From: Antedon mediterranea | Taxonomy: Eukaryota > Animalia > Echinodermata | Length of the DNA: 64,000 nucleotides | Assembly (NCBI RefSeq): GCF_964355755.1 | Contig: NC_092670.1 | Coordinates: 20,384,795 to 20,448,794 of the forward strand | Direction of reading: 5' to 3' | Shown: positions 63,596 through 64,000 of the stretch, piece after piece | Layout: every line of letters begins with the position of its first letter | How positions within the stretch are numbered: position 1 is the stretch's first letter | Notes under the pieces: model-generated | The model's database searches: none | The model's input: only the letters and a program-made list of their open reading frames with translations | Told to the model about the DNA's origin: nothing | Translations under genes and position numbers: made by a program

Positions 63596-64000
63596 TAATA
63601 CATAATAAATCTTTTTGTTTTCATTTACCTTAAAATAATAGTGATAAAACACACATTTTACATAGTATTTAGCCATTTTAAAAGTTGGATGTACACCATC
63701 GTAGATACCATACCATTATGTTTTACAATGCATTTTTCAGATACGTTTTAAACAACTTGACTGAAGTTGGAAGTCAATTAATAAATAAATTAATAAATAA
63801 ATAAAATACTGGCGTTAGAAAGGGGAAAATATATAACAGTTAAAAACTGTTCGGTGGATACAGTGAATGATAAAGTTTCATTGTCGGCCAAAACAAAGGT
63901 ATGACTAGTCTATTTTAATATTTGGTTTGATACTTTTTGAGCTAATAATCATGTTATTGGAATTGGTTTGAAAAGGCTATTGAGATTAAATATTCTTTTT

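Noticed and set aside
62800-64000. Upstream HAGH exon with the THHHW metal-binding motif
   Set aside because: Not found in this interval; it presumably lies beyond the window.

Overview
AT-rich, intron-containing animal DNA, probably a marine invertebrate (echinoderm-like; this is an inference). Three apparently intact host genes were reconstructed by hand with GT-AG splice sites and consistent phases. They are a 10-exon phospholipase B-like 1 gene (PLBD1, minus, 6769-12047), a 6-exon TFPT/Amida-like gene with a C-terminal HMG box (plus, 56575-60061), and the last six exons of glyoxalase II (HAGH, minus, 60468-62797). PLBD1 and the TFPT-like gene point away from each other and are separated by about 44.5 kb made almost entirely of repeats and mobile DNA. 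A 36.7-kb block (12170-48836) lies between two near-identical 102-bp copies of the PLBD1 proximal promoter. It contains a 97-bp satellite and a decayed multi-exon gene with an unusual NRF1/EWG-like DNA-binding domain - OTU - PHD - Ulp1 architecture. It also holds nested insertions: hAT with a SINE inside, DIRS/Ngaro with a Tx1 LINE that itself carries a Helentron-like element, a Penelope fragment with a hammerhead ribozyme, and a Gypsy element inside a modular-TIR element. A 7.5-kb foldback-like structure follows, made of two mirror-image 106-bp arrays, and ends 26 bp before the TFPT-like start codon. All calls come from reading the sequence by eye; no database searches were run.
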